Source of the DNA: an uncultured Lentisphaerales bacterium
GTDB lineage: Bacteria; Verrucomicrobiota; Lentisphaeria; JABSQK01; UBA12247
Direction: 5' to 3'
Length of the DNA stretch: 64,000 nucleotides
Assembly (NCBI GenBank): GCA_943788985.1
Contig: CALSSJ010000015.1
Location: forward strand, 1-64,000
Shown: in pieces, positions 24,659 to 36,002 of the stretch
How positions within the stretch are numbered: position 1 is the stretch's first letter
Layout: the number at the start of each line of letters is the position of its first letter
Made by a program: the position numbers and the translations under genes
Notes under the pieces: generated by a model
Seen by the model: the letters and a program-made list of their open reading frames with translations, nothing else
Told to the model about the DNA's origin: nothing
The model's database searches: none

Positions 24659-26259
24659 TGCGTACTAAATACCTCCATATCGCAGCGATCCTGCTCGCTC
24701 TGGCTGGTCTGGGCTGGAACCAGAGCCGGTTCAAGGCTCGCCAGCAGTCTACAGGGCTCTCAGTGGCTTCACCGAACGTCCCAGCGTCAGTCTCGCTGGT
24801 CACTATCGCGCTCGGTCCCATGCGCGCCTTGGTGACCAACGCGCTGTGGTGGCGTGCGATCGAGCATCAGGACCGGGGCGAGTTTTTTGATGTGGTGCAG
24901 CTAAGCGAGTGGATCACGGAGCTGCAGCCGAATATTGGCAGCGTCTGGGCCTACCTCGGCTGGAACATGGCCTATAATATCTCCTATGAGTTTTCTGATC
25001 CCAATGACCAGTGGGCTTGGGTGGAGAATGCAATCGTCCTGCTCCGTGACCGGGGGCTCCGGGCTAACCCAGACCAGAGCAAAAACCAAGTTATTCGACA
25101 CGAGCTGGCGCGGATATTCTATGAGAAAATCGAGCGTAACGAACATTATCGCACACGCTGGACGTTCAAGATGCTGGACTACTTCGAGCTGGGCACGCGC
25201 GTGGATCTGCTAAACATGGACGCGGCAGCCGAGAGTATAGAGGCCTTGAAGAAGCGGCCGGGAGTCGCGGAGTATGCACAGGCGGCACGGCAGGAACTGG
25301 GCGTAGATGTTTTTGATTTTGAGAAGAACCGGCCTCCACGAGATGGTTTGGAGGTTAATCTGGAGACTGAGGGCAGAGTGATGGCTGGAATTCAGGTCTA
25401 TTACTGTCGTGCGCGACTTCGGATTGAGCAGGACCTGGGGATGGAGATCAAGCGGATGCTATTCATTAATAATGAATTCGGCCCATTCGACTGGCGCTCC
25501 AATCAGGCACACGCCATCTATTGGGCGGCTGAGAACGATTGGGAGGACTATGTAGCCACCGGCGCGAACTATGCGGAGATCGTACGCCAGGCGATGTCGA
25601 ACTCCTTTTTCCGTGGTCGGGTCTTTCAAAACGCTGCTCTGAATGGAATCTCTTACACACCAAACCTGGACAACATCCACCGCATCCATGTGTACTACGA
25701 CGAGGTGCTGGAGAAGCGCTACTCCACGATGATGGATGATGGGCACAGACGCTTTCTACGGGACGCTGTGGGCATTCTGTACACGTTTGACAAGCGTGAG
25801 GAGGCCAGAACTCTATTCGAGCACTATAAAGAAGGCTATGACCCCGATGGTGACTTCGAGTCATTCGTGCTGGATAGCATGGCGCGAAATCTGAACCGGA
25901 ACGACAGTCGCTCCAAGCAAGCCACAGTGGAGGCGCTTGTATACAAGCATCTGGAATGGTTAGACGCTGGGGATTTCGAGCAGGCAAATGGCTACTTCAA
26001 GGCGGCGCGCGCAACGCACGCCCGGAACTGGAAGGAGAACCCGGCAGGCTCGCGTGAGCGCCTGCCGCCGTTCGCTGAACTTGCCAATTCGGCTCGCAAG
26101 CGCTACTCCGCGAAGAGGCCCGAGATGACCATCGAGCGGCTCAAGCAGCGTCTGGACGAAAGCGTGAAGGTACGCATAGAGCTTGACGAACGGAAAGTAG
26201 GAATCGGGGATTTCCAAGACCGCAAGAAGCTCGTTCGCCCGCCTGCACACGCCGAATAA
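24655..26259 (+). CDS. Conserved PVC-type hypothetical protein (TPR-like)
   Basis: N-terminal TM; LGPMRAL..N.LW.RA, ITELQP, VW.Y.GWNMAYNIS, W.WV...I.LLRD.GL..NP, GPFDWR. Confidence 0.7.
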   Translation: MMRTKYLHIAAILLALAGLGWNQSRFKARQQSTGLSVASPNVPASVSLVTIALGPMRALVTNALWWRAIEHQDRGEFFDVVQLSEWITELQPNIGSVWAYLGWNMAYNISYEFSDPNDQWAWVENAIVLLRDRGLRANPDQSKNQVIRHELARIFYEKIERNEHYRTRWTFKMLDYFELGTRVDLLNMDAAAESIEALKKRPGVAEYAQAARQELGVDVFDFEKNRPPRDGLEVNLETEGRVMAGIQVYYCRARLRIEQDLGMEIKRMLFINNEFGPFDWRSNQAHAIYWAAENDWEDYVATGANYAEIVRQAMSNSFFRGRVFQNAALNGISYTPNLDNIHRIHVYYDEVLEKRYSTMMDDGHRRFLRDAVGILYTFDKREEARTLFEHYKEGYDPDGDFESFVLDSMARNLNRNDSRSKQATVEALVYKHLEWLDAGDFEQANGYFKAARATHARNWKENPAGSRERLPPFAELANSARKRYSAKRPEMTIERLKQRLDESVKVRIELDERKVGIGDFQDRKKLVRPPAHAE

Positions 26260-26263
26260 CTGG

Positions 26264-27454
26264 CTAGTTGTGCGATCTCCGCAAAAGTTTTACCGCAGTA
26301 ATCAGGCTCACGTCTTTACTCAGGCGTTGCGAAACCGGAAGCTGGCGCAGAGTTTTGACCACCGCGGGCTTTTGGTCGACCGCATAGTCGGGTAGAATGC
26401 CCTTGGACTGCCAGGACTTGCCTTTGGGCGAGTACATGGTGCCGATAATGAACTTCAGGCGAAACTTGTTCTCAAGCGCAAAGGTCTGTTCGAAGACGCC
26501 CTTTCCGTAGGTCTTCTTCCCCACGACTGTTGCCCCGGCATCCTGAAGGCCTGCAACAATGATTTCGGCCGACGACGCCGTGTTCTCGTTGGCCAAAATG
26601 GCGATATCAAAATCGTACGGCTCTTCTGTAGTCGACACGTAATTCTGCAGATTGTCCGCCTTCTTCAAGGTGCGCAGCATGACCGTCTTCTCACCCAGAA
26701 ACAGCTCGACAGTTCGCAATGCCTCTAGGAACACGCCACCTACGTTATTGCGCAGATCCAGAACCAGGCCAGTGACATTTGCCTCTCGCGCTAGGGCCAG
26801 CTGCTCTGCCACGTCGGCGGAGGTGGTGGCGGTGATTGTGCGGAGTTCGCAAAGCCAGATCTTGGCGTCTACTGGGAGGCAAACAAACTGCTGCGTGTGA
26901 AACTCACTCCGCTCCAGTTGAACCTCGAAAATCTTGATATCACGAATGATTTTCAGACTCACTTTTGTGCCGATTTCTCCCTGGAGCAGTGAGTTTACGT
27001 CGCTCACTGATTTGCCGGAAAGTGGCTGATCATCGATCCGCATGATCCGGTCATTGGCCTGCAACAGTCCGTCGGCTGGGGATGTTGGTTCGACGCCGGT
27101 CACCGTAAGACTGCCGTCTTTCTGGTTGAAGCTGCTCTTGATGCCCACGGACACCTTCACTCCCTTCAGCGAATCGCGAACCTTGCTGTAATCCGCTGGT
27201 TGCCAGATCTTCCCGAGCTCTGGATTCCCAGGTGGTGAAATGTGGCGCAGCATCCCTTCGATCGCAGCCCAGTAGAGGGCTTCCTCGGTCAGGGAGCTGC
27301 TGTAGTAGTGCTCCAAAAGTAGGCCTCGTGCCTCTTCAAAGGCAGCCGCTGCATCCGGAAACTCGTGCTCCAGCGCCACCGTAAACAGAGGCGCTACTTT
27401 TCTCTTCTCTTCCGCCTGCGTGAGCAGTGCCAGCAGTAGCAACACCCAGCGCAT
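26264..27454 (-). CDS. S41 carboxyl-terminal protease (PDZ + S41)
   Basis: LDLRNNVGG, TASSAEI, GKKTYGKG, GILPD; signal peptide. Confidence 0.92.
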   Translation of the reverse strand: MRWVLLLLALLTQAEEKRKVAPLFTVALEHEFPDAAAAFEEARGLLLEHYYSSSLTEEALYWAAIEGMLRHISPPGNPELGKIWQPADYSKVRDSLKGVKVSVGIKSSFNQKDGSLTVTGVEPTSPADGLLQANDRIMRIDDQPLSGKSVSDVNSLLQGEIGTKVSLKIIRDIKIFEVQLERSEFHTQQFVCLPVDAKIWLCELRTITATTSADVAEQLALAREANVTGLVLDLRNNVGGVFLEALRTVELFLGEKTVMLRTLKKADNLQNYVSTTEEPYDFDIAILANENTASSAEIIVAGLQDAGATVVGKKTYGKGVFEQTFALENKFRLKFIIGTMYSPKGKSWQSKGILPDYAVDQKPAVVKTLRQLPVSQRLSKDVSLITAVKLLRRSHN

Positions 27455-27457
27455 GGC

Positions 27458-28662
27458 TCAGTTCATCAGGATTTTGGGCAGAGCGATAAAGCCAGCGATC
27501 GCACTTCCCAGATTCACCAGCAGATAGACCAGCAGCAACCGGGTGACGCGGTTTGCGCCAGAAGCCCCGAGTGGTGCTGAGGTCCTCGCCGAGCTTTTCG
27601 AAGTCGGCGACCTGCGGTTTCCGCAGCCAGCCTTCCACCAACCCGGCAAACATGCCTGCCTGAATCGCAGGATTAAGCGAGGTGATCGGTTGAAGCGATG
27701 GCGCCAACGATAATGCTGAGCGGATGGGCGCAGGCCAGGATCCCGCCGATTCCCGCCAGGATGACATTGATCCAAATCCAGTACTCAAGCCGTTCCTTCC
27801 CGTCTTCCGGATTGTTCAGGAAACCAAGTGTCACGCCGACCACCGCGAGCACGGGAATAATCCAGGGAAGCAGCTTGCGCCACGCGCTCTTCTTTGGAAT
27901 CTCGCAGAGCTCATCGAGGTCTGCGGGCTCGCCCCAGTTCCGCTTCATGCCGGGAACATGGCCCGCGCCGACGACCGCGACGATGGGACTCCCTTCGGTC
28001 TCGAGCAGCTTCTGGTTCATGAAGCGGTCCCGCTCATTGATCAGCGTCTCTTTGATTTCAGGCAGCGATTCCCCGAACTCATCCAACATCAGCTGAAGAG
28101 TGTCCTGCTCTTTCAGCGATTCGATATCTTCTTCAGTCAGCGCTTCATTGGTGGAGAATGCAGCTCCCATCAGCTGGCCGTAAAGTTTGATCTTGCGCCA
28201 GAAGCCTAGCGAGTGCCAGACGCGGGACAGGGTGACACGCACGTTGCGGTCGATCGCCTCGACGCGGGTACCCATTGCTTCCGCGGTCTGCATGCCTGTG
28301 ATCATCTCCTGCCCTGGAGAGATGCCCAGCTGTTTGGCCAAGCGTCTTTGATAGCTGGACAGGAAGAAGTTCAGCATTAGCAGAAACGCTTTCTTCTCCC
28401 GGATGACCTTGATCACATCCATGTTGCGCCAGGCCTCAGGATCTCGGATCGTCTCCATCCGGCTGTCACACAGCTCCAAGCAGACGACATCCGGTTTGGT
28501 GGCCTCAATGACCTCGCGGACCAGTGTCGCACTCTGCTCGGAGACGTGTGCGGTGCCAATGAGGTAAATGGTCCGACTATCGAGCGTCAGTGTATGGACA
28601 CAGGGATCCGCGAGCGGGTCAGAAGGGGGAGCCGGTGTTGCGGAGTCCGCAGAATCAATCAC
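27458..28662 (-). CDS. TraB/PrgY-family protein (frameshift near 27690)
   Basis: LIGTAHVS, PDVVCLELC, LINERD, AVVGAGHVPG; C-terminal TM part ITSLNP..AG.FAGLVE, LVNLGS. Confidence 0.9.
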
Positions 28663-29021
28663 TCGCGTTTGCCGTCTTTGTAAAATTCAAATACAACCTG
28701 CCCAGCGCTCTCATCGCCAGCAATGAAGCGCCCGCTCCACTTTTCACCGTCTCTGAACTCGCCGCCGGAAATCTCATTGCCCTGTTGATCGTACATAACG
28801 AATGGGCCGTGCAAGTAGCCGTTCTTGAAGTTAGCTTCTGATTGAACCTTGCCGTTCTCGTAGAAGGACGTCTTCTTGCCCTGCTTTCGGCCATCGCTGT
28901 CCTCGCTCCAACGCTCTGAAACCGATCCGTTTGAATGATTGCGTGTCCTCTCTGTGACTGGTTTCTCACCGCAGCTACACAGTATGAACACGGCAAAAAG
29001 CGCCACAAACAAATGCTTCAT
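28659..29021 (-). CDS. Lipoprotein with MORN-variant (YwqK-like) repeats
   Basis: Lipobox LCSC; FYENGKVQSEANFKNG.LHG, EFRDG, YKDGK. Confidence 0.7.
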   Translation of the reverse strand: MKHLFVALFAVFILCSCGEKPVTERTRNHSNGSVSERWSEDSDGRKQGKKTSFYENGKVQSEANFKNGYLHGPFVMYDQQGNEISGGEFRDGEKWSGRFIAGDESAGQVVFEFYKDGKRE

Positions 29022-29210
29022 GCCCAGACTCTCCGATTGCATAAAAAATCGTAACCATAGCGAACCGCGCCTGCGCTGCAATGAAACCGCCGCTGACCAA
29101 TCCTTGGGCGGCAATCTGCACCATCATTAGCCAAGCATGCGCATCTTCCCATACTATCAACCCCAGACCCGTCGAGGCTATCCTGCCGTCACCATGAGAG
29201 CACCCCCGCC

Positions 29211-30491
29211 ATGCAATCCAATCAGCCCTTCATTCCCGTGACGCCCATGTCGAAGGCGCGAAGCACCTTCCATGTGCTTGCGAAGCCAATCGGCCCCATC
29301 TGCAACCTCGACTGTGATTACTGCTTCTATCTGAAGAAAGAGAAAGAGCTCTATCCGGGTGTGCGTGATTTCAAGATGTCAGATGAGACGCTCGAGACCT
29401 TTGTCAAGAGCTACATCCAGAGCCAGCCTCCCGGGATCACGGAGATCAACTTTGCCTGGCAAGGCGGCGAGCCCACGCTCATGGGGGTGGATTTCTTTCG
29501 CCGCGCGGTTGAACTGCAGAAGAAGCATCTCCGGCCCGGGCAGCGCTTCACCAATGCGCTGCAGACAAACGGTACGCGGCTCGATGATGAATGGTGCGAG
29601 TTTCTGCGTGAGCACGGTTTTCTCGTCGGGATCAGCATCGACGGCCCCGAAGAGTTCCATGATAAATATCGTCCGGACAAAGGCGGCAAGGGGTCCTTTA
29701 AAAAGGTGATGCAAGGCCTGCGCTTGCTGCAGAAGCATCGCGTCGAGTTTAACACGCTCACCGTGGTGCAGGAGGATAATGGCAAGCACCCGTTGGAGAT
29801 CTACAGGTTTCTCCGGGACGAATGTCAGAGCGACTTTGTGCAGTTTATTCCCATTGTGGAAGGCGTGGGTAAGGGCATGGTCTCTACACGCAGCGTTGGC
29901 AAGCGCCAGTATGGGGAGTTTCTAGTCGAGATTTTTGAAGAGTGGCGCAAGAACGACATTGGGCGTGTATACGTGCAGTTGTTCGAGGTGTTGCTGGGCA
30001 TTGCGGCTGGGTATCCGTCCTCACTGTGCGTGCACAAGAAGACCTGCGGGCGTGCTGTGGCGCTTGAACACAATGGCGATCTTTACAGCTGCGATCACTT
30101 CGTCTACCCCAAGGACCTCGTGGGAAACATCAACAAAGAGCCGATGGGCGAGCTCATGGAGACGGACCAGCAGCGCAAGTTTGGGAACGACAAGAGTGAC
30201 GCGTTGCCAGACTACTGCAAGCGCTGCGAGTTTCTCGATTACTGCAATGGTGGTTGTCCGGCGCACCGTCACATCGAGACACCCGACGGAGACCCAGGGC
30301 TGAACTATCTCTGTGAAGGATACAAAGTGATCTATGCCCATGCAGATCCCTACCTGAAGGCCATCGCCCGCACGGTACAGCTCGGGCTGCCCCCTCAGAA
30401 CTATGAGCAGTTCATGCCAGGTGCCACGCCTGCTGCACCTGCGAAGTCCATAAAGTCAAAACGTAAGAAGAAGCGCCCCGGCCCTCGCTGA
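29211..30491 (+). CDS. Anaerobic sulfatase-maturating radical SAM enzyme (SPASM)
   Basis: KPIGPICNLDCDYCFY, WQGGEPTL, NGDLYSCDHFV, C..C.....CNGGCP, NYLCEGY. Confidence 0.95.
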   Translation: MQSNQPFIPVTPMSKARSTFHVLAKPIGPICNLDCDYCFYLKKEKELYPGVRDFKMSDETLETFVKSYIQSQPPGITEINFAWQGGEPTLMGVDFFRRAVELQKKHLRPGQRFTNALQTNGTRLDDEWCEFLREHGFLVGISIDGPEEFHDKYRPDKGGKGSFKKVMQGLRLLQKHRVEFNTLTVVQEDNGKHPLEIYRFLRDECQSDFVQFIPIVEGVGKGMVSTRSVGKRQYGEFLVEIFEEWRKNDIGRVYVQLFEVLLGIAAGYPSSLCVHKKTCGRAVALEHNGDLYSCDHFVYPKDLVGNINKEPMGELMETDQQRKFGNDKSDALPDYCKRCEFLDYCNGGCPAHRHIETPDGDPGLNYLCEGYKVIYAHADPYLKAIARTVQLGLPPQNYEQFMPGATPAAPAKSIKSKRKKKRPGPR

Positions 30492-30570
30492 TCGCAAAGC
30501 AGCCCCAGCCAGATCGATCGTAACTCTACGAGAGTGGGAATCGACACCGGAATCCCAAGCGACTTGCCCT

Positions 30571-30894
30571 ATGACGACGCGCCGCCACACGCCCAAATCG
30601 TGCCCACTTATCTTGGTTTCTTTATTCGCGCTGGTCATGTCTGTGCAGGCCAGATACTCGGAGACCATGGATCCTGCTGGGCTCACAAAGAATTTGGCCG
30701 AGTTCGGGATCGTCGATGACGGGGCCGAGGCGAACCAGAGCGCGACTTTTCAGAAGGCGATCGATAATCTGGCAGCTCTGGGCGGTGGACGTCTGGTGAT
30801 CCCCAAGGGAAGCTATCGTCTTGCAAAGGTGTAGCTGAAATCGAACGTACACATCTTGGTCGAAGCAGGCACTGTGCTCAAGCCGCATTGGCCG
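30571..30894 (+). pseudogene. Truncated secreted beta-helix polysaccharidase (iota-carrageenase GH82-like N-terminus)
   Basis: Signal peptide; FQKAID...GGGRLVIPKGSY..(TAG at 30832)LKSNVHILVE.GTVLKPHW; homology ends at the oxoprolinase 3' end. Confidence 0.6.
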
Positions 30895-30928
30895 GTTGCC
30901 GTCGCTCGCTGGAAGGCCGCCCAGCAAA

Positions 30929-33900
30929 CTAAGTGGCCGCCGGGGTAAAGCCTCCGGGAGTTGGCGTTTCGATGATGATCGCTTCGCCCGCTTGCAGGGA
31001 TTTCTGTGCGCAGGGCGGGAGCTCGCGCGTGCTGCCATCACAGGCGCTTACCAGCGCTCGACCCGGCTGTCCGGGAGCTCCGTGCTCCAGTCCTTCCGGT
31101 GGCCGGGTGTGGTGACTTGCAATCACCGCACAATCGACTGCCTCTCGAAAGCGCAATACCCGCCGCGTGCCGTCGCCACCGGGAAACTCACCCTCGCCGC
31201 CGCTTCCAGGGCGTAACTCAAAGGCTTCCACGATCACCGGGAAGCGGAGCTCCAGCACTTCAGGATCTGTCATCCGCGTGTTGGTCATGTGGGTGGTGGA
31301 CCCCGGATGCGCCAGCAAAGGCTCGACCGTCATTCATTCTGCCTGCTGGCGTACCAGAGCAGATCGTCTCGTAGTTTTGAAAGTGATCATTGCCATAGGT
31401 CAGGTTGTTCATCGTGCCCTGTGAATTTGCCAGGACGCCGAGCGCCTGAAACAGGCAATTGGTCACATGCTGACTAGTCTCGGTATTGCCCGCCACCACC
31501 GCCGCAGGGTACTCCGGGGAGAGCAGTGAGCCCTCTGGAATAATCAACTCCAGCGGCACCAGACAGCCCGCGTTGAGCGGGATCGGGCGCTCTACCATCA
31601 CCCGAAAGACGTATAGCACAGCGGCCTTTGTGATCGCGCGCGGTGCATTGAAATTATGCGGTCCGGCAGGAGACGTGCCCGTGAAATCCACGCAGGCACT
31701 CCGGGCTTTCTGGTCTACCCGAATGCTCACCCGGATGATCTGGCCTTGGTCGGTGGTGTACTCTGCGCTGCAGTCTGATAGCTGTTCGAGCAGGCCCCGT
31801 ACGCAGTCGGCCGCATTATCGCGCACATGCTGCATGTATGCCTGCACCACCGACAGGCTGTAGCGCCCCACCATTGCGCGAAGCTCCCGTGCACCTCGCT
31901 CATTGGCCGCCACCTGCGCCCGCAGATCCGCGAGGTTCTGATCGGGATTACGCGCCGGCCAGCGATGTCCAGTCAGCAAGCCGCGAATCTCCTCCTCGAG
32001 GAAGACCCCGTCTCGGACCAACGGCACCGCATCAAATAGCACGCCTTCCTCATCGATGTGTGTCGCGCGCGGCGTGGTGCTGCCCGGCGCAAGTCCGCCA
32101 ATGTCAGCATGATGCCCCCGCGAAGCGACGAAGAACAGCAACTCGCGCTCATCCTCGTCAAAGACCGGCGACACCACTGTGAGGTCTGGTAGGTGCGTGC
32201 CGCCGCGGTAGGGCGCGTTGTGGAGAAACACCTCGCCCGGCTGAATCCTGCGGTCTGCGATCACCGCATGCACGGCTTGATCCATCGAGCCCAAATGTAC
32301 CGGGACATGAGGCGCATTGGCCACCAGTTCGCCATCCGCTGCGAAGATCGCACACGAGAAGTCGAGTCGCTCCTTGATGTTCACTGAACTCGCTGTCTTG
32401 CGCAGGGTTGCCCCCATCTGTTCCGCGATGGCCATAAACAGGTTGCTGAACACTTCGAGCATCACCGGATCAGCTCTGGTACCAACGACGGCCGCTGCCA
32501 GGTCTTTGGCGCGACGGAGCTTCATCATCCCACAAATCTGCAACGAGGCCTGCCAGCCTGGTTCGACCACCACCGTCTGATGGGCCTCGAGCACAAGGGC
32601 CGGTCCCTCGACGGTCTGCCCTAGGGCGAGATCATCGCGGTGGTGTACTGCTGCATCCTGCAGCTTGCCAGCGGTGTAGATCGGCACGTGGGCCAGAGGG
32701 GGCGTTGCGGAGTTCGCAAATTTTGCTGCGAAGTTCGCACGGGGCGAGGAAATGGAGCAGGACACGTCCAGCTGCTCTAAGATGACCGCGCGCTCCGGAA
32801 ACAGAAAGCCAAACTGGCGGCGATGTGCCTGCTCAAAGGCCGTGCACATCGCGGCAAGATCATCCCAGGCAACCAGCAGCGGGGTGTCTGTTCCCGCATA
32901 GCGCAGGTGCAGACGCACCTCTCGGGCCGTGACTGTGCCCAGTTCCAGTTGCGCTTCGGCGGCGAGGGCGTGAATGTCAGCGGGTAGCGTTTCGACTAGT
33001 TCAGGGGTCAGTTCGCAGGCATAGGAGCGCGTGCGGCTGACCCTGGTGTCGGCCAGTCCCATCCCGTAGGCGGACAGCAGCCCCGAGCACGAATGGAGCA
33101 GAATGGTTCGGATTCCGAGCTCGTCCGCAACTGCGCAGGCATGTTGTCCGCCGGCCCCGCCAAAGCAATTGAGCGCATACTCGGTCACATCATGACCCCG
33201 TTCGATAGACACCTTCTTGATGGCATTCGCCATATTCTGAACGGCCACCTTCAGAAAGCCGTCTGCCACTTCCAGTGGTTCCATGCCTAAGCTTTGCCCC
33301 AGCATTGCGAACTTCGCACGCACTGCCCCTGCGTCGAGCGGCTGCGCTTGGTCCGAGCCGAAGATCGCGGGAAAGTATTCTGGACGCAGCTTGCCGACCA
33401 TGACATTGGCATCCGTAACCGCGAGAGCACCGTCACGCCGGTAGCAGGCAGGGCCCGGGAGGGCTCCAGCGGAATCGGGCCCCACCTGAAAGCGACCGTC
33501 CCGGACCTGCAGCAACGAGCCGCCCCCCGCTGCCACGGTGTGAATATCCAGCATTGGCACGCGCAGGCGCACTCCCGCCACCTGGGTGTCAAAGCGCCGC
33601 TCAAGTTCGCCTGCGTAATGGCAGACATCGGTAGATGTGCCGCCCATGTCAAAGCCAATCACACGCTTTTCCCCTGCTGCGACAGCCGTCTCTACCGCTG
33701 CCACCACACCCCCGGCGGGGCCTGACAAGATCGCATCGCGACCGTTGAACGTGTCCGCCGGGATCAGTCCACCGGCAGAGCTCATAAACAGCAGTTCGGG
33801 TATGTTCCCCAGCTCTCGGCGCACGTTGTTTACGTAGCGATGCAGAATCGGCGAGAGATAGGCATCGGCGACGGTCGTGTCTCCTCGGCCAACCAGCTTG

Positions 33901-34499
33901 ATCAGCGGGGCCACTTCGTGGCTGACCGAGATTTGCGGAATTCGCAACGCCCGCGCTGCTTGGCCTAGGATTGCCTCATGGGCGGGATAGCGCCAGGCAT
34001 GCAGTAGGACAATCGCAACGGCGTCGTAGCCAGCGCGCTGCACCTCCTCCAGATACGTACGGGCAGTGGTCTCAGAGAGTGGGGTTTGCACCGTGCCATC
34101 GGCCAGCACGCGCTCATCGACTTCGATCACCCGGTCATAGAGCTGCTCAGGGAGGATAATCTCCTTGGCAAAGATGTCCGGGCGATCTTGATAGGCGATC
34201 CGCAGTGCATCGCGAAACCCCTTCGTGATCAGGAGGGCGGTACGCTCGCCCTTACGCTCGAGCAAGGCGTTGGTCGCGACTGTGGTGCCCATGCGGACAG
34301 ATTCGATTCTATGGCTCGGCATCTCAGCGTCTTTTGGGAGCCCGAGCAACATCCGGATCCCATGCACCGCCGCATCCGCGTACGCCTCGGGACAGTGAGA
34401 GAGCAGCTTGTGCGCGTGGAGCGTGCCGTCCGGCGCACAGCCGATTACGTCGGTAAAGGTCCCGCCGCGATCAATCCAGAACCTCCAGGCTGCGCTCAT
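30929..34499 (-). CDS. 5-oxoprolinase (hydantoinase A/B fusion; frameshift near 31310)
   Basis: [65 protein letters not shown]. Confidence 0.95.
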
Positions 34500-35044
34500 C
34501 GGTCTGCTCTGAAACGTGGCAGTTCGAGGCGCGTGGACATTGCGTCGCTACAATGACACCAGATGGGGAGCAGGATCGCACCTATGGCAGCCGATCCCGC
34601 CGTCAGCAGAATCGGCACGTGGCTCGTCGCTAGGCTGGGCCAGGCAGAAATCGACGTGGCGGTTGTGAGCAGGTACAGCGCGTAGAGCCCCCCCAGAACT
34701 CCGCCAGGGAAGACTAGGATGGGCAGAAAATTTCTCTCGCCGTGGTCGCGCCACTTCCAAGCCATCAGAGCCGTGAGAATGAGGACGGGGACAGCGGTCG
34801 AGGTCCGCCCCAGCGAGGCTTCGACTGCGGCACTGCCAATCAAGCCGGCAAAGAAGCCGACGAAGGGCCCGACGGAGACGCCGATGTGGAAGGAAAGCAG
34901 GACCACCAGCGGGGTGAGGATGCCCAAGGCAGCAACCGAAAGCTCAAGCCAAGTGGCGGCGAAGACAACGATGATCAGCCAGGCTGTGAGTAGATAGCGG
35001 TCGTATTTCTGTTGGTCGCCGCGGCGCCAAAACTTTCCGGGCAT
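34496..35044 (-). CDS. Hypothetical integral membrane protein (possibly MreD-like)
   Basis: About 5 hydrophobic helices; stop overlaps the oxoprolinase start. Confidence 0.55.
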   Translation of the reverse strand: MPGKFWRRGDQQKYDRYLLTAWLIIVVFAATWLELSVAALGILTPLVVLLSFHIGVSVGPFVGFFAGLIGSAAVEASLGRTSTAVPVLILTALMAWKWRDHGERNFLPILVFPGGVLGGLYALYLLTTATSISAWPSLATSHVPILLTAGSAAIGAILLPIWCHCSDAMSTRLELPRFRADR

Positions 35045-35050
35045 TGCTGC

Positions 35051-35989
35051 CTATTGGATGCGTGGCAGGGCTTCTCGGGCCGCTTGCTGTACGGCCACGA
35101 GCTTGCTGCTCTGCAAACGCTCTAGCGTCGGAACCGCGCCGCGGGCAATTGGGCCCATGTCGCGGATGGTGAGGATCGCGAGGATCTGCACGGGCTCCTG
35201 GGCCAGTGTCGCAATTACCGCCAGAGCTGGCACAGCCGGGGCGCCCATGTTGGCCAGCGCAGAACAGGCAACTGGAGGAAGTGCCTTGGGGTCGTCGGCA
35301 GCCAGGACCATTGCCTCGATCGCCGGGACGGATCCAGAAGCGTGCTGGCCATGCCCGCCGAGCGCACGGAGGCCGGCGTATTGGAGTCGTTGGTCGCCGC
35401 TACGCAGCAGCTGTGTCAGCAACGGCACAATCTGCGGGGCATCAGGATGGGAGCCCAGCCGGTGTAAGGTGCGGACGATCCGACCAGTGGCCACCGGGTC
35501 GTCGGTTTCACGCAGGACAGCAAGCATTGCCTGCGCAGCCGGTAGGCCAATACGTGCGAGTGCTTGTTCCGCCCGGAGCGGGTGCGGACTCCGCAAAATC
35601 TCGATCAGGAACGGGACCGATGAGGCTGCACGGTGACCCATCTCGCCCAACAAATCCAGATACAAATTGGCCGAGAGCGGATCCTCGAGCGCGGCAGCGA
35701 TCGCGAGCAACTGGACCACAGTTCTGTGCCCGGGCGAAACAGATGCGGCTGCCGAAAGGTAGGGCAGCTGGGCGGCACCCAACTGCTGGTCTGCCGCGTC
35801 CAGCAGCGCATGCGTTGCGGAGTTCGCAGCGGTTCCGAGGTCCCGTAGCCGGTCTGCCGCTTGGATCCGAGTGGTCTCGTCGTGATTCTCAAGTTGCAGG
35901 ATGAGATCGCGAATCTCGGTCGTAAGCGGCGAGTATGCCGTCCCATAGAGGGCAAGACAGATCGCGGAAACAGTAAGTGCAGCGCGCAT
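35051..35989 (-). CDS. Secreted HEAT-repeat protein
   Basis: Repeated ALARIG/ALANMG..AVP.L motifs; signal peptide; AGGAG RBS. Confidence 0.8.
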   Translation of the reverse strand: MRAALTVSAICLALYGTAYSPLTTEIRDLILQLENHDETTRIQAADRLRDLGTAANSATHALLDAADQQLGAAQLPYLSAAASVSPGHRTVVQLLAIAAALEDPLSANLYLDLLGEMGHRAASSVPFLIEILRSPHPLRAEQALARIGLPAAQAMLAVLRETDDPVATGRIVRTLHRLGSHPDAPQIVPLLTQLLRSGDQRLQYAGLRALGGHGQHASGSVPAIEAMVLAADDPKALPPVACSALANMGAPAVPALAVIATLAQEPVQILAILTIRDMGPIARGAVPTLERLQSSKLVAVQQAAREALPRIQ

Positions 35990-36002
35990 GAAAAACTCCT
36001 GA

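Noticed and set aside
27458..28662. TraB as evidence of a conjugative element
   Set aside because: TraB/PrgY/GumN family is a chromosomal protease-like family; no relaxase, T4SS or integrase nearby.
28659..29021. YwqK-like protein as an antitoxin
   Set aside because: No neighbouring toxin gene; such repeat lipoproteins are common.
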